Source: Candidatus Cybelea sp. (GTDB lineage Bacteria > Vulcanimicrobiota > Vulcanimicrobiia > Vulcanimicrobiales > Vulcanimicrobiaceae). From it: DNA of 64,000 bases. The notes under the pieces were generated by a model. The model was not told where the DNA came from. It did not search any database and saw only the letters and a list, made by a program, of their open reading frames with translations. The translations under genes and the position numbers were made by a program. Of this stretch, positions 33,141 through 41,337 are shown one piece after another. How positions within the stretch are numbered: position 1 is the stretch's first letter; each line of letters starts with the position of its first letter. The DNA lies in NCBI GenBank assembly GCA_036521375.1, contig DATDHW010000048.1:32345-96344 (forward strand), given 5' to 3'.

Positions 33141-33995
33141 GTGCACCAGACACAGGCCGTTGAACACGAGACCGAGGCGGCCGCGCCGGCTCGGCGCCTC
33201 GGTCGCGCGATCGTTCTCACTTCGGGCAAAGGCGGCGTCGGTAAGACGACGACGACCGCGAATCTCGGCACGGCGCTCGCGAGCCGCGGCGTAAAGGTCG
33301 TGCTCGTCGACGCCGACGTGGGCCTGCGCAACCTCGACATTCTTTTGGGCTTGGAGAGCCGCGTCAAGCACCATCTGCTCGACGTGCTCGAGGAGCGCGC
33401 CACGCTGGACGACGCGCTGGTTCCCAGCAAGCACGGCGACACGCTCTATCTGCTCGCGGCCGCGCAATCGCGGGAAAAAGACGATGTCGAAACCGAGAAA
33501 ATGAAAGCGCTGATCGAAACTCTGCGGGAGCGTTTCGACTACGTGCTGATCGACTGTCCCGCGGGCATCGAGCTCGGTTTCAAAAACGCCGTCGCCGGTG
33601 CGGACGAAGCGATCGTCGTCTGCACGCCAGAGGTATCGGCGGTCCGCGACGTCGATCGTGTCGTCGGGCTGCTCGGCAACCGCTTTCGCCCGCAGCTGGT
33701 CATCAATCGGCTGCGTCCTGCACTCGTGCGCAAGGGCAAGATGCTCTCCGTCGAAGACGTGAACGCGATACTGCGTCTTCCGCTGCTGGGCGTAATCGCC
33801 GACGAACCCGACATCATCGTGACGACGAACCGGGGCGAGCCGCTCGCGCTGCGGCGAGAGAATCCCACCGGCGCCGCCTATCACGCGATCGCCGCACGAG
33901 TCGCCGGCGAAGACGTTCCCGCGCCGATGCCGCCCCTCTCGAAGCCGTCGTTCATGGAACGAGTGAGCTCCTTTTTGGGAGGAAAGCGGGCGTGA
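33141..33995 (+). CDS. minD: MinD paralog (copy 2) with a 20-aa N-terminal extension
   Basis: Same motifs: 'TSGKGGVGKTTTTANLG', 'LVDADVGLRNLDILLGLE', 'LIDCPAGIE'. C-terminal amphipathic 'SFMERVSSFLGGK'. Starts 4 nt after the copy 1 stop. Confidence 0.9.
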   Translation: MHQTQAVEHETEAAAPARRLGRAIVLTSGKGGVGKTTTTANLGTALASRGVKVVLVDADVGLRNLDILLGLESRVKHHLLDVLEERATLDDALVPSKHGDTLYLLAAAQSREKDDVETEKMKALIETLRERFDYVLIDCPAGIELGFKNAVAGADEAIVVCTPEVSAVRDVDRVVGLLGNRFRPQLVINRLRPALVRKGKMLSVEDVNAILRLPLLGVIADEPDIIVTTNRGEPLALRRENPTGAAYHAIAARVAGEDVPAPMPPLSKPSFMERVSSFLGGKRA

Positions 33996-34468
33996 TCGAG
34001 TTTCTCAGACGTCTCTTCGGGCAATCGGGCTCGAGCGCGACGGCGAAAGAGCGGCTGCGTTTGGTTCTCATGACCGATCACCTCGAGCTCGCGCCGGAGA
34101 TGATCGAAAAGCTCAAGGCCGATCTCGTCGACGTGATCTCGCGGCACGTCGAGGTCGACCGCGATCGGATCGAGGTGAACTTCGAGCGGCAAGATACCGC
34201 GCTCGCGCTGCTGGCCAACATCCCGATTATCTCGGTTAATCGTCCCAATGGTAACGGCAGGCACGGTAACGGAAGCAACGGCGGTGCGCCGGTCGAGCCA
34301 GTCTCCGAAACGGCGCCGGCCGGGGCCGTCGTCGAAGACGCTGTCGCCGTCGAGGCGCCCGCGCCGAAAAAGAAGGCCGCCGCCGACGCAACGCCGCCGG
34401 TACGCAAACGGCGGCGGCGCAAGAAGCATGCCGCCGCGAGCGCGGCTGCAGCGCCGACGCCGACCTGA
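33992..34468 (+). CDS. minE: Cell division topological specificity factor MinE with a ~70-aa basic/Ala-Pro-rich C-terminal tail
   Basis: 'MIEFLRRLFGQSGSSATAKERLRLVLMTDHLELAPEMIEKLKADLVDVISRHVEV' is a canonical MinE N-terminus. GTGA overlap with minD copy 2. Confidence 0.85.
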   Translation: MIEFLRRLFGQSGSSATAKERLRLVLMTDHLELAPEMIEKLKADLVDVISRHVEVDRDRIEVNFERQDTALALLANIPIISVNRPNGNGRHGNGSNGGAPVEPVSETAPAGAVVEDAVAVEAPAPKKKAAADATPPVRKRRRRKKHAAASAAAAPTPT

Positions 34469-34474
34469 GGCCGC

Positions 34475-35608
34475 TTGGCCGTCCTGGCATTCGGCAGCGG
34501 CGCTAGACGTTACGCTCGCAACTTCAACTGGCCGCTGGCGCTCGGCGCCGTCCTCATCGCGCTGATCGGATTGCTGTGCATTCGCTCGGCCGGATTGCAC
34601 GATACCGATTCGGGCGGCGAGTTCAAAAGACAGATGCTCTACCTGGCACTCGGAATGGCGCTGATGTTCGGGCTCTCGCTCGTCGACTACCGAAACTGGC
34701 AGCGCTGGGCCCCCGGCCTTTACGTCGTCAATCTGTTGCTGCTGATCTTCATCTTGCGCGGCGGCCACAGCGCGCTCGGCGCGCAGCGCTGGATCTCACT
34801 CGGACCGCTCGGCACCTTTCAGCCGTCGGAGCCGGCGAAGCTCGTCGTCGCGATTTCGCTGGCTGCCGTGCTCTGCCGCGGGCGCTACGAGAACCTGCAA
34901 GAGCTCTGGAAGCCGCTGCTGACCGTTGCGCTTCCGGCACTGCTGATTCTCAAGCAACCCGACTTGGGAACGTCCCTGACGCTGGTTGCGATCTTGACGG
35001 TCGAGCTCTTCTTCGCGCTGCCCAAGCTCGGCGACTTCGGCATCTACGCCTTGGCCGTGCTGGTCGTCGGCGCGGCGGCCGTAGGAACCAATGCGGTCCT
35101 CAAACCGTTTCAACGCGCGCGGCTCTTCGTATTCCTCAATCCAAAGGCCGACCCGCAAGGTTCGGGTTACAATCTCGCGCAGTCGAAGATCGCCGTCGGC
35201 AACGGTGAGTGGTTCGGACGCGGCCTCTATCGCGGAACGCAGACGCAGCTTAACTTCGTACCCGAGCACTCGCGCGATTTCATCTTCACCGTGCTGGCCG
35301 AGGAGTGGGGCTTCGTCGGCGCGGCGCTGCTGCTGGCGCTCTATGCCGCCGTGCTCTACGGGGGCGTGCGCGCGATGCTTGCGGCACGCGATCGTTTCGG
35401 GTTTCTGCTGGCGAGCGGGCTGGTCGGGTTGCTTTTCTTCCACGTGCTCGTCAACGTCGGAATGACGATCGGGATTATGCCGATCACCGGCATCCCGCTG
35501 CCGTTCATGTCGTACGGCGGTTCGGCGATGATCACCGATTTCGCCGCCGCCGGCGTTTTGCTCAACATCTTCTCACAACGGGATCGCGACGTGCTCGGCA
35601 ACGCCTAA
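34475..35608 (+). CDS. SEDS-family peptidoglycan glycosyltransferase (RodA/FtsW)
   Basis: About 10 TM segments. 'WISLGPLGTFQPSEPAKL', 'QPDLGTSL', 'GSGYNLAQSKIAVGNGEWFGRGL', 'LPEHSRDFIFTVLAEEWGFVG', 'IPLPFMSYGGSAM'. Confidence 0.85.
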   Translation: MAVLAFGSGARRYARNFNWPLALGAVLIALIGLLCIRSAGLHDTDSGGEFKRQMLYLALGMALMFGLSLVDYRNWQRWAPGLYVVNLLLLIFILRGGHSALGAQRWISLGPLGTFQPSEPAKLVVAISLAAVLCRGRYENLQELWKPLLTVALPALLILKQPDLGTSLTLVAILTVELFFALPKLGDFGIYALAVLVVGAAAVGTNAVLKPFQRARLFVFLNPKADPQGSGYNLAQSKIAVGNGEWFGRGLYRGTQTQLNFVPEHSRDFIFTVLAEEWGFVGAALLLALYAAVLYGGVRAMLAARDRFGFLLASGLVGLLFFHVLVNVGMTIGIMPITGIPLPFMSYGGSAMITDFAAAGVLLNIFSQRDRDVLGNA

Positions 35609-35650
35609 CGCCGCAAGGGAGGCGCTGCGGCCGATGCTTAAGCATCGTGT

Positions 35651-37033
35651 GTGGGCGTTATCAGAACGACCGGCCGTCCGGCGACTTTCCTAGCCGCAGC
35701 GCTTTTTCTCGCCGCGTGCGCGGGCGTGCCGCAATCCGCGTTGCCGGCAGCCAACGCCGCGCGCGCCGACGCGTTCGCCGCTGCCGCGCGCGTTTCGGGC
35801 ATCCGCAAGATCGATCACATCGTCATCATCGTGCAAGAGAACCGCAGCTTCGACAATCTCTTTGCGGGTGCGCCGAACGCGGACACGCGCTCGTGGGGGT
35901 ACGACAGCAAAGGCGACAAGATCGCTCTGCGTCCGCTGACGATGAAGACGACCTGGGACGTCAATCACAGCTTCGGTGCCTTTCTCACGAGCTGTAACGG
36001 CACGGGAAAGTATCCGGGAACCGACTGCCGGATGAACGGTTTCGACCAGGAAGGGGTGGAGTGCGGCGGTCCCGGGGAGACGCGCTGTCCGATCAAGGAC
36101 CCCATGTACTCTTACGTGACGCACAGCGAAACGAAGCCCTATTTCGATATGGCGGCGCAGTACGTGTTGGCCGATCGAATGTTCGTTTCCAACGTCGACG
36201 AGAGCAGCTTCGTCTCGCATCAGTACATAATCGCCGCTCAAGCGAGTTCGAGCATGAACGTGCCCGAAGGCGGCCCTTGGGGCTGCAGCGGGCGCGCGCT
36301 CGTCCTTACGCTCACGCAGCAGCGCATGGAAGGCCCTTCGGTTCGGGCGTGTTTCGATAACCAGACGCTCGGCGACGAACTCGACGCGGCGAAGATCTCG
36401 TGGAAATACTATACGGCTGCGCTGAACGAGGGTGACGGCGGCCTTTGGAGCGCCTATCAGGCGATCGATCACATCTACAAGGGGCCGGACTGGAAGAACG
36501 ACGTCATTCACCCGCAGACGCGTTTTTTCAAGGACGTCCGCGAGGGTCAGCTCCCGGCAGTGAGCTGGGTGACGCCGACCTGCAAGAACTCCGACCATGC
36601 CGGCTGCGACGCCGACGACGGTCCGAAGTGGGTCGCGGCGCTCGTGAACGCGGTCGGAGAGTCGAAGTACTGGGATACGAGCGCTCTCTTCGTTTTCTGG
36701 GACGATCCCGGAGGCTGGTACGATCACGTCGCCCCCACGAAGCTCGACTACGACGGACTCGGTTTTCGCGTGCCGCTGCTGGTCATCTCGCCCTACGCGA
36801 AGCGAGGGCGCGTCTCTCACGTGCAATACGAGCACGGCAGCCTGCTGCGCTTCGTCGAAGACCGCTTTGGGCTCGCTACCCTCTCGGCATCCGACGCCCG
36901 TGCAACCTCTCCGGCGGCAGACTGTTTCAACTTCTCAGAGGCGCCGCGCAAGTTCGTCCCGATTCCGACGACGATGAGCGCGCACGACTTCGAGCGGGAG
37001 CCGCTCGACCCCCGGCCCGTCGATACGGAGTAG
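35651..37033 (+). CDS. Phosphoesterase-family lipoprotein (phospholipase C / AcpA-type)
   Basis: Lipobox 'ALFLAACAG'. 'IDHIVIIVQENRSFDNLF' is the phosphoesterase-family signature. 'WDDPGGWYDHV' and 'GFRVPLLVISPYAKRG' blocks. Confidence 0.8.
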   Translation: MGVIRTTGRPATFLAAALFLAACAGVPQSALPAANAARADAFAAAARVSGIRKIDHIVIIVQENRSFDNLFAGAPNADTRSWGYDSKGDKIALRPLTMKTTWDVNHSFGAFLTSCNGTGKYPGTDCRMNGFDQEGVECGGPGETRCPIKDPMYSYVTHSETKPYFDMAAQYVLADRMFVSNVDESSFVSHQYIIAAQASSSMNVPEGGPWGCSGRALVLTLTQQRMEGPSVRACFDNQTLGDELDAAKISWKYYTAALNEGDGGLWSAYQAIDHIYKGPDWKNDVIHPQTRFFKDVREGQLPAVSWVTPTCKNSDHAGCDADDGPKWVAALVNAVGESKYWDTSALFVFWDDPGGWYDHVAPTKLDYDGLGFRVPLLVISPYAKRGRVSHVQYEHGSLLRFVEDRFGLATLSASDARATSPAADCFNFSEAPRKFVPIPTTMSAHDFEREPLDPRPVDTE

Positions 37034-37164
37034 CCGCGGGCAGGTCCGTTTTCCGCCGGGCGGGAACAGAGGCTCCAAGTCACGCCGGCTGGCTCCGTCT
37101 TCGAGACGAAGGGCCGCCGGCAAAGATTTATTAACAGCAAGATTTTTCTTAAGGGGCTAGCCCT

Positions 37165-37183
37165 GGCGGCGCGAGGCGCCGCC
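37165..37183 (+). promoter_or_regulatory. GC hairpin in the putative rne 5' leader
   Basis: GGCGGCGC-GAG-GCGCCGCC, a perfect 8-bp stem. It is about 62 nt upstream of the rne start and about 20 nt downstream of the only AT-rich patch (37118-37152) in this 212-nt intergenic region. Confidence 0.3.
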
Positions 37184-37245
37184 CGCAAGGTGCACCAGCA
37201 ACGGTAGGCGCGGCGAGGAGGCAGGCTCCGAAAATAGGGGACAAT

Positions 37246-39882
37246 TTGTCGAGCGAGATATTGATCTCGAGCGACCCGTGGGAAAACCGGGTCGCCATAC
37301 TCGAGGACGGTGGCTTAGCAGAGCTCTACATTGAGCGCGAAGAGAAGGTCATCGGCTCGATCTATAAAGGTAAAGTACAGAACGTGCTCCCCGGAATGGG
37401 AGCGGCTTTTGTCGACATCGGTCTGGGACGCAACGCGTTCCTCTACGTCGACGACATCAACAAACAGCCTCTCAACATCGGCGACGTCGAGATCACCCAA
37501 GGCCACGGCGGCTTTACGATCAGCGAGAAGGTCAAACGAGGCGACGACGTTCTCGTGCAGATCGTCAAGGAGCCCCGCGGCCTCAAAGGGGCGCGAATCT
37601 CCACGAACATCTCGTTACCCGGCCGGTATCTGATCTTGATGCCGACCGGAAAATACTCCGGCGTCTCGCGCAAGATCGAGTCGGCCGACGAGCGCAATCG
37701 CCTCAACGGCGTCATGAAGCGGATTCGGCCGGAGGGTATGGCGACGGTCGTGCGCACCGCTGCGGCGGGGGTCAGCGAAGCCGAGCTGATCGCGGACCTG
37801 GGCGTGCTGATCCGCATGTGGCACGGAATTCTCGAGCGCTATAAGCGGGCCGGCTCACCGTCGCTGCTGCACAAAGACATGAACTTGGTCTACAAAGCAG
37901 CGCGCGATTTCATCACGGCCGACGTCGACCGGGTCCTGATCGACGACGAAGAAGAGTACCGCAAAATTCGCGACCTCCTGCAGCTCCTCGGGCCGCAGTA
38001 CATCGATCGCATCGAGTACTACAACTCGGGACGCTCGCTCTTCGACGATTACCACATCGAGGCCGAGCTGCAAAAGCTGATGAAGCCGAAGATCAATCTT
38101 CCCTCGGGAGCTTCGATCGTCATCGAGTCGACGGAGGCGCTGACCGTCATCGACGTCAACTCCGGAAAGTTCACCGGCGGCCGCAACCTCGAGGACACGA
38201 TCCTCAAGACGAACATCGAGGCCGCCGAGGAGATCGCACGCCAAGTTCGCCTGCGCGACATCGGCGGGATCATCGTCGTCGATTTCATCGACATGGCCTC
38301 CGAAGCGTCGCGCGACAGGGTCATCAAGACGATGGAGGAGAGTCTGCGCCGCGACCGCACCCGAGCGACGATTCAGTCCTTCTCAAATCTCGGGCTGCTC
38401 GAGTTCACGCGCAAACGCATCGGCAAGGACCTCGGCGCACAACTGCGGGGCAGCTGCCCGACCTGCGCGGGCATGGGCAGCGTGATGTCGCCGCAATCGG
38501 TGGCCATCGAGACCTTCCGCCACATTCGCAACGAGACGCGCAACGGCGCCGCCGGCGACGTCGTCGTATACGTCGCGCCGACCGTCGCGGTACAGATGGA
38601 CTTTTGGTACGAAGAGGAGTGCAGCGAGCTCGCCAAAGCGATCCAGCACAAGATTCACGTGCGCGTCGATCCGATGATCCATCCGGAAAAATCCCGGCTG
38701 GAGATCGTTAGCAGCGCCAAGCAGGAACGCGAGCGCCCCGTGCGCGTTGGTGACGAGCACGAAGTCGAGCTCTTGGCGGGCCGGCTGCCGAATGCGAGCT
38801 CGGCCGCAGCGATCGTCGACGGTCGCGTCACCGAAGTGGAGAACGCGGCAAACAACGCGGGTAACTTCGTCCGCATCCGCATCCTCGACGTCGACGACAA
38901 GGGCGACTACATTCTCGCCGAGCTCGTAATGGCCGGCGCAAAGTCGCGTCGCAAGCGCCCGGCGCGCAAAGCGGAGCTGTCCGCGGCCGAGCAGACTCGG
39001 CAGCTGCGGGAGCTCGCCGAAGATGCCGCGCGCCAGTCGGCGTCGCGTCCGCCGATCGGCATCAGCTCGCTCACCGAAGAGGAAGAGGCGCAAGACAAGG
39101 CGCTCAGCGCCGAGCGGCGCGGTGAAGCGCAGCCCGACGCAATCATTATCGCCGAAGGGGCCGTGCAGCACGCGACCGCTGAAGGTGAACGCCGCAAACG
39201 CCGTCGCCGGCGGCGACGCGGGCGCGGCGGCCGCGACGAGGGCGATGAGGCGACCAGCGTAATGGCGACGCCGGCGGCCGCGATGCCGGTCGACGCGGCG
39301 CCTTCGGCTGCAAACGATGCAGCGGCCGGCGACGGTTCCGGCCAGCATCGCCGGCGCCGCCGGCGCCGGCGTGGACGCGGCGGACGGGGTGGTGCCCAAG
39401 GCCTCGGAACGATGCCGGACCGGCACATCTTCGAAGTCGACGCCGACGGCAGCGCGGCCGCCACGGGCGCTACGGCGCCCCCGGAGCCGTCGCGAGCGAT
39501 CGCGCGGCGTGCCCAAGCCACACCGCCGGCCGTCGAGCCGCCTCCGCCAAGCCTCTCGGTGCCGTCAGAGGAGCCCAAGCGCACCAAGCCTACGCGACGG
39601 CGTGCCCGCACCCGTACCGCCCCTGGGGAACTGGCCGGGGCGGAGAGCGCGCTCGCGTTACCCGCGCCCGACGAGCAGCCCGCGCCGGCGAAAAAGCGCG
39701 GCACGACGGCGCGCCCGAAAGCCGCGGCCAAAACCAAGCCGGTTGCGGAGGGGGCACCGGCAGCGCAGGCAAAGCCGAAGCGCACGCGCGCGACCCGCGC
39801 CACGACGAAGGCGAGCTCCGACGGCGCGCCGGAGAAGCCGGTTCGCCGGCGGCGAAAGACCGCTGCTGCCGAAAAAGAGTAG
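37246..39882 (+). CDS. rne: Ribonuclease E/G family, RNase E-like with a long Arg-rich disordered C-terminus
   Basis: S1 domain 'IYKGKVQNVLPGMGAAFVDIGLGRNAFLYV'. 'VIDVNSGKFTG' and 'RDIGGIIVVDFIDM' catalytic blocks. 'CPTCAGMG' Zn-link. The C-terminal ~330 aa are low-complexity, with two 'RRRRRRRRGRGGR' segments. Confidence 0.85.
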   Translation: MSSEILISSDPWENRVAILEDGGLAELYIEREEKVIGSIYKGKVQNVLPGMGAAFVDIGLGRNAFLYVDDINKQPLNIGDVEITQGHGGFTISEKVKRGDDVLVQIVKEPRGLKGARISTNISLPGRYLILMPTGKYSGVSRKIESADERNRLNGVMKRIRPEGMATVVRTAAAGVSEAELIADLGVLIRMWHGILERYKRAGSPSLLHKDMNLVYKAARDFITADVDRVLIDDEEEYRKIRDLLQLLGPQYIDRIEYYNSGRSLFDDYHIEAELQKLMKPKINLPSGASIVIESTEALTVIDVNSGKFTGGRNLEDTILKTNIEAAEEIARQVRLRDIGGIIVVDFIDMASEASRDRVIKTMEESLRRDRTRATIQSFSNLGLLEFTRKRIGKDLGAQLRGSCPTCAGMGSVMSPQSVAIETFRHIRNETRNGAAGDVVVYVAPTVAVQMDFWYEEECSELAKAIQHKIHVRVDPMIHPEKSRLEIVSSAKQERERPVRVGDEHEVELLAGRLPNASSAAAIVDGRVTEVENAANNAGNFVRIRILDVDDKGDYILAELVMAGAKSRRKRPARKAELSAAEQTRQLRELAEDAARQSASRPPIGISSLTEEEEAQDKALSAERRGEAQPDAIIIAEGAVQHATAEGERRKRRRRRRRGRGGRDEGDEATSVMATPAAAMPVDAAPSAANDAAAGDGSGQHRRRRRRRRGRGGRGGAQGLGTMPDRHIFEVDADGSAAATGATAPPEPSRAIARRAQATPPAVEPPPPSLSVPSEEPKRTKPTRRRARTRTAPGELAGAESALALPAPDEQPAPAKKRGTTARPKAAAKTKPVAEGAPAAQAKPKRTRATRATTKASSDGAPEKPVRRRRKTAAAEKE

Positions 39883-39890
39883 CAAGAAAG

Positions 39891-39922
39891 AAAAAGAGAC
39901 GCTCGCGAGAGCGTCTCTTTTT
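39891..39922. terminator. Bidirectional intrinsic terminator between convergent rne and ctp
   Basis: AAAAA-GAGACGCTC-GCGA-GAGCGTCTC-TTTTT. A perfect 9-bp stem is flanked by an A-run and a T-run, so it reads as a terminator on both strands. Confidence 0.75.
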
Positions 39923-39944
39923 CTAGCCTGGGGCGCCCGGCGGG

Positions 39945-41327
39945 TTAAGGCGCTGCGCTCGCCGGCACGCCGTTCTCTTCGTTTAGGCGAGCGAGACGCG
40001 CGTTCAAGAACGCCACCGCGCGGGTGAGCTGATCGTCCTTTGCCGGAGTGCCGAACTGCGCGTGCTTGTTCTCAGTGATGACGATGTCCGGCGTGATGCC
40101 CAGATGGTTGATATCGCGGTTGCGCGGCGTGAGATAGCGCGCTGTCGTAACTTTGATGGCACTCCCGTCGGGCAGCGGATAGATCGTCTGGACGACACCC
40201 TTACCGAACGTCTTCGTCCCGATGATCGTGCCGACCGTGCTGTCTTGAATCGCTCCCGAGGTGATCTCGGAGGCCGAGGCCGTATAGCCGTTGACCAGCA
40301 CCGCCAGCGGGACCGGCGCAATCGCCGTGTCGTCGGCGTCGAGGGTCGTTATATTCGAAGCGCGCGATTCGACCGATACGATCGGCCCGCTCGGAATGAA
40401 CTTCGAGCTGACGGAGACGGCCGCTTCGAGATAACCTCCGCCGTTGTCGCGCAGGTCGAGCACGAGCGCCCGGGCCCCGTCGCGCTGCAAACGTTCGAGA
40501 GCGGCGTTGAGCTCGTCGCCGGTGTCGCGGCCGAAGACCGTCAGCGCGACGTAACCGATCTTGCCGGGAAGCATTTTCTCGTAAACGCTGAGCTGGTGGA
40601 TCTTGGCACGCGTAATCGTGATCGGCGCCGGCTGCGCCGCACCGTCGCGAGCAACCGTCAGCGTTACGCGGGTTCCCTCTTTACCGCGAAGCTTTCCGCT
40701 GGCTGCCGAAAGGCTCATGCCTTTGGTGGACGAGCCGTCGATCGTGGTAATCAGATCGTCCTGCGCGATGCCGGCCTTGTCGGCCGGTCCATTCGGGACG
40801 ACGTTTTCGACGCTGATGAACTTCGTTTTGTCGTCGAGCTGAATGACGATGCCGGTTCCGCCGAAATCGCCGCCGTCTAGGCCCTGATTGAGGCCGGCGT
40901 ACTCTTTGGGCGTCATGAAGACCGTGTAGCGGTCGCTGACCGAGCGCATGATGCCGTCGAGCGCGACGTAGCTAAGGTCGTGCACCGTGAACTTTGCTTT
41001 CGACTGCGACGCGGCGTCGACGATCTCGCGGTCGATCTCCCGAATGTTGCTGTTCGGGGCCGCATTCGCATGCATCTCGGGCAGGGCCGCGTGCTTCACG
41101 CCCGCGGTCCGCATGGCCGCGAGCAGCGTCGTGCGAACCGAATCCAGCACGGTCTGGGGATCGACCTTCTTATAGAAGTTCTCAGTGAGATACGTATAGC
41201 TCGTCGAAACCTCTCCGGCGTCGGAGGCGGGAAGTATCTGCCCGGCCGCCAGCGCCGGGCTCAAGAGAAGGCGCGCCGACCCTAGAACGGTGGCGGCCAA
41301 GAGTACAAGAGCGAGATTGCGTTTCAT
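39945..41327 (-). CDS. S41-family carboxy-terminal processing peptidase with a PDZ domain (copy B)
   Basis: ATG at 41327 is aa 16 of the listed ORF. Signal peptide 'MKRNLALVLLAATVLGSARLLLSPALA'. PDZ 'GGTGIVIQLDD...VVPNGPADKAGIAQDDLITTIDG'. 'LVLDLRDNGGGYL' and 'LVNGYTASASEITSGAIQD...GTKTFGKGVVQ' are the Ser/Lys dyad blocks. Confidence 0.85.
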   Translation of the reverse strand: MKRNLALVLLAATVLGSARLLLSPALAAGQILPASDAGEVSTSYTYLTENFYKKVDPQTVLDSVRTTLLAAMRTAGVKHAALPEMHANAAPNSNIREIDREIVDAASQSKAKFTVHDLSYVALDGIMRSVSDRYTVFMTPKEYAGLNQGLDGGDFGGTGIVIQLDDKTKFISVENVVPNGPADKAGIAQDDLITTIDGSSTKGMSLSAASGKLRGKEGTRVTLTVARDGAAQPAPITITRAKIHQLSVYEKMLPGKIGYVALTVFGRDTGDELNAALERLQRDGARALVLDLRDNGGGYLEAAVSVSSKFIPSGPIVSVESRASNITTLDADDTAIAPVPLAVLVNGYTASASEITSGAIQDSTVGTIIGTKTFGKGVVQTIYPLPDGSAIKVTTARYLTPRNRDINHLGITPDIVITENKHAQFGTPAKDDQLTRAVAFLNARLARLNEENGVPASAAP

Positions 41328-41337
41328 ACTACCCATA

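Noticed and set aside
32169-33884. 571-aa minus-strand ORF across both minD genes
   Set aside because: It is antisense to two unambiguous MinD genes, has no motifs, and its composition is typical of a GC-rich shadow ORF.
35690-39803. Minus-strand ORFs 35690..36835 (381 aa), 38383..39516 (377 aa) and 38907..39803 (298 aa)
   Set aside because: They are antisense to the phosphoesterase and RNase E genes. They are low-complexity with no motifs.
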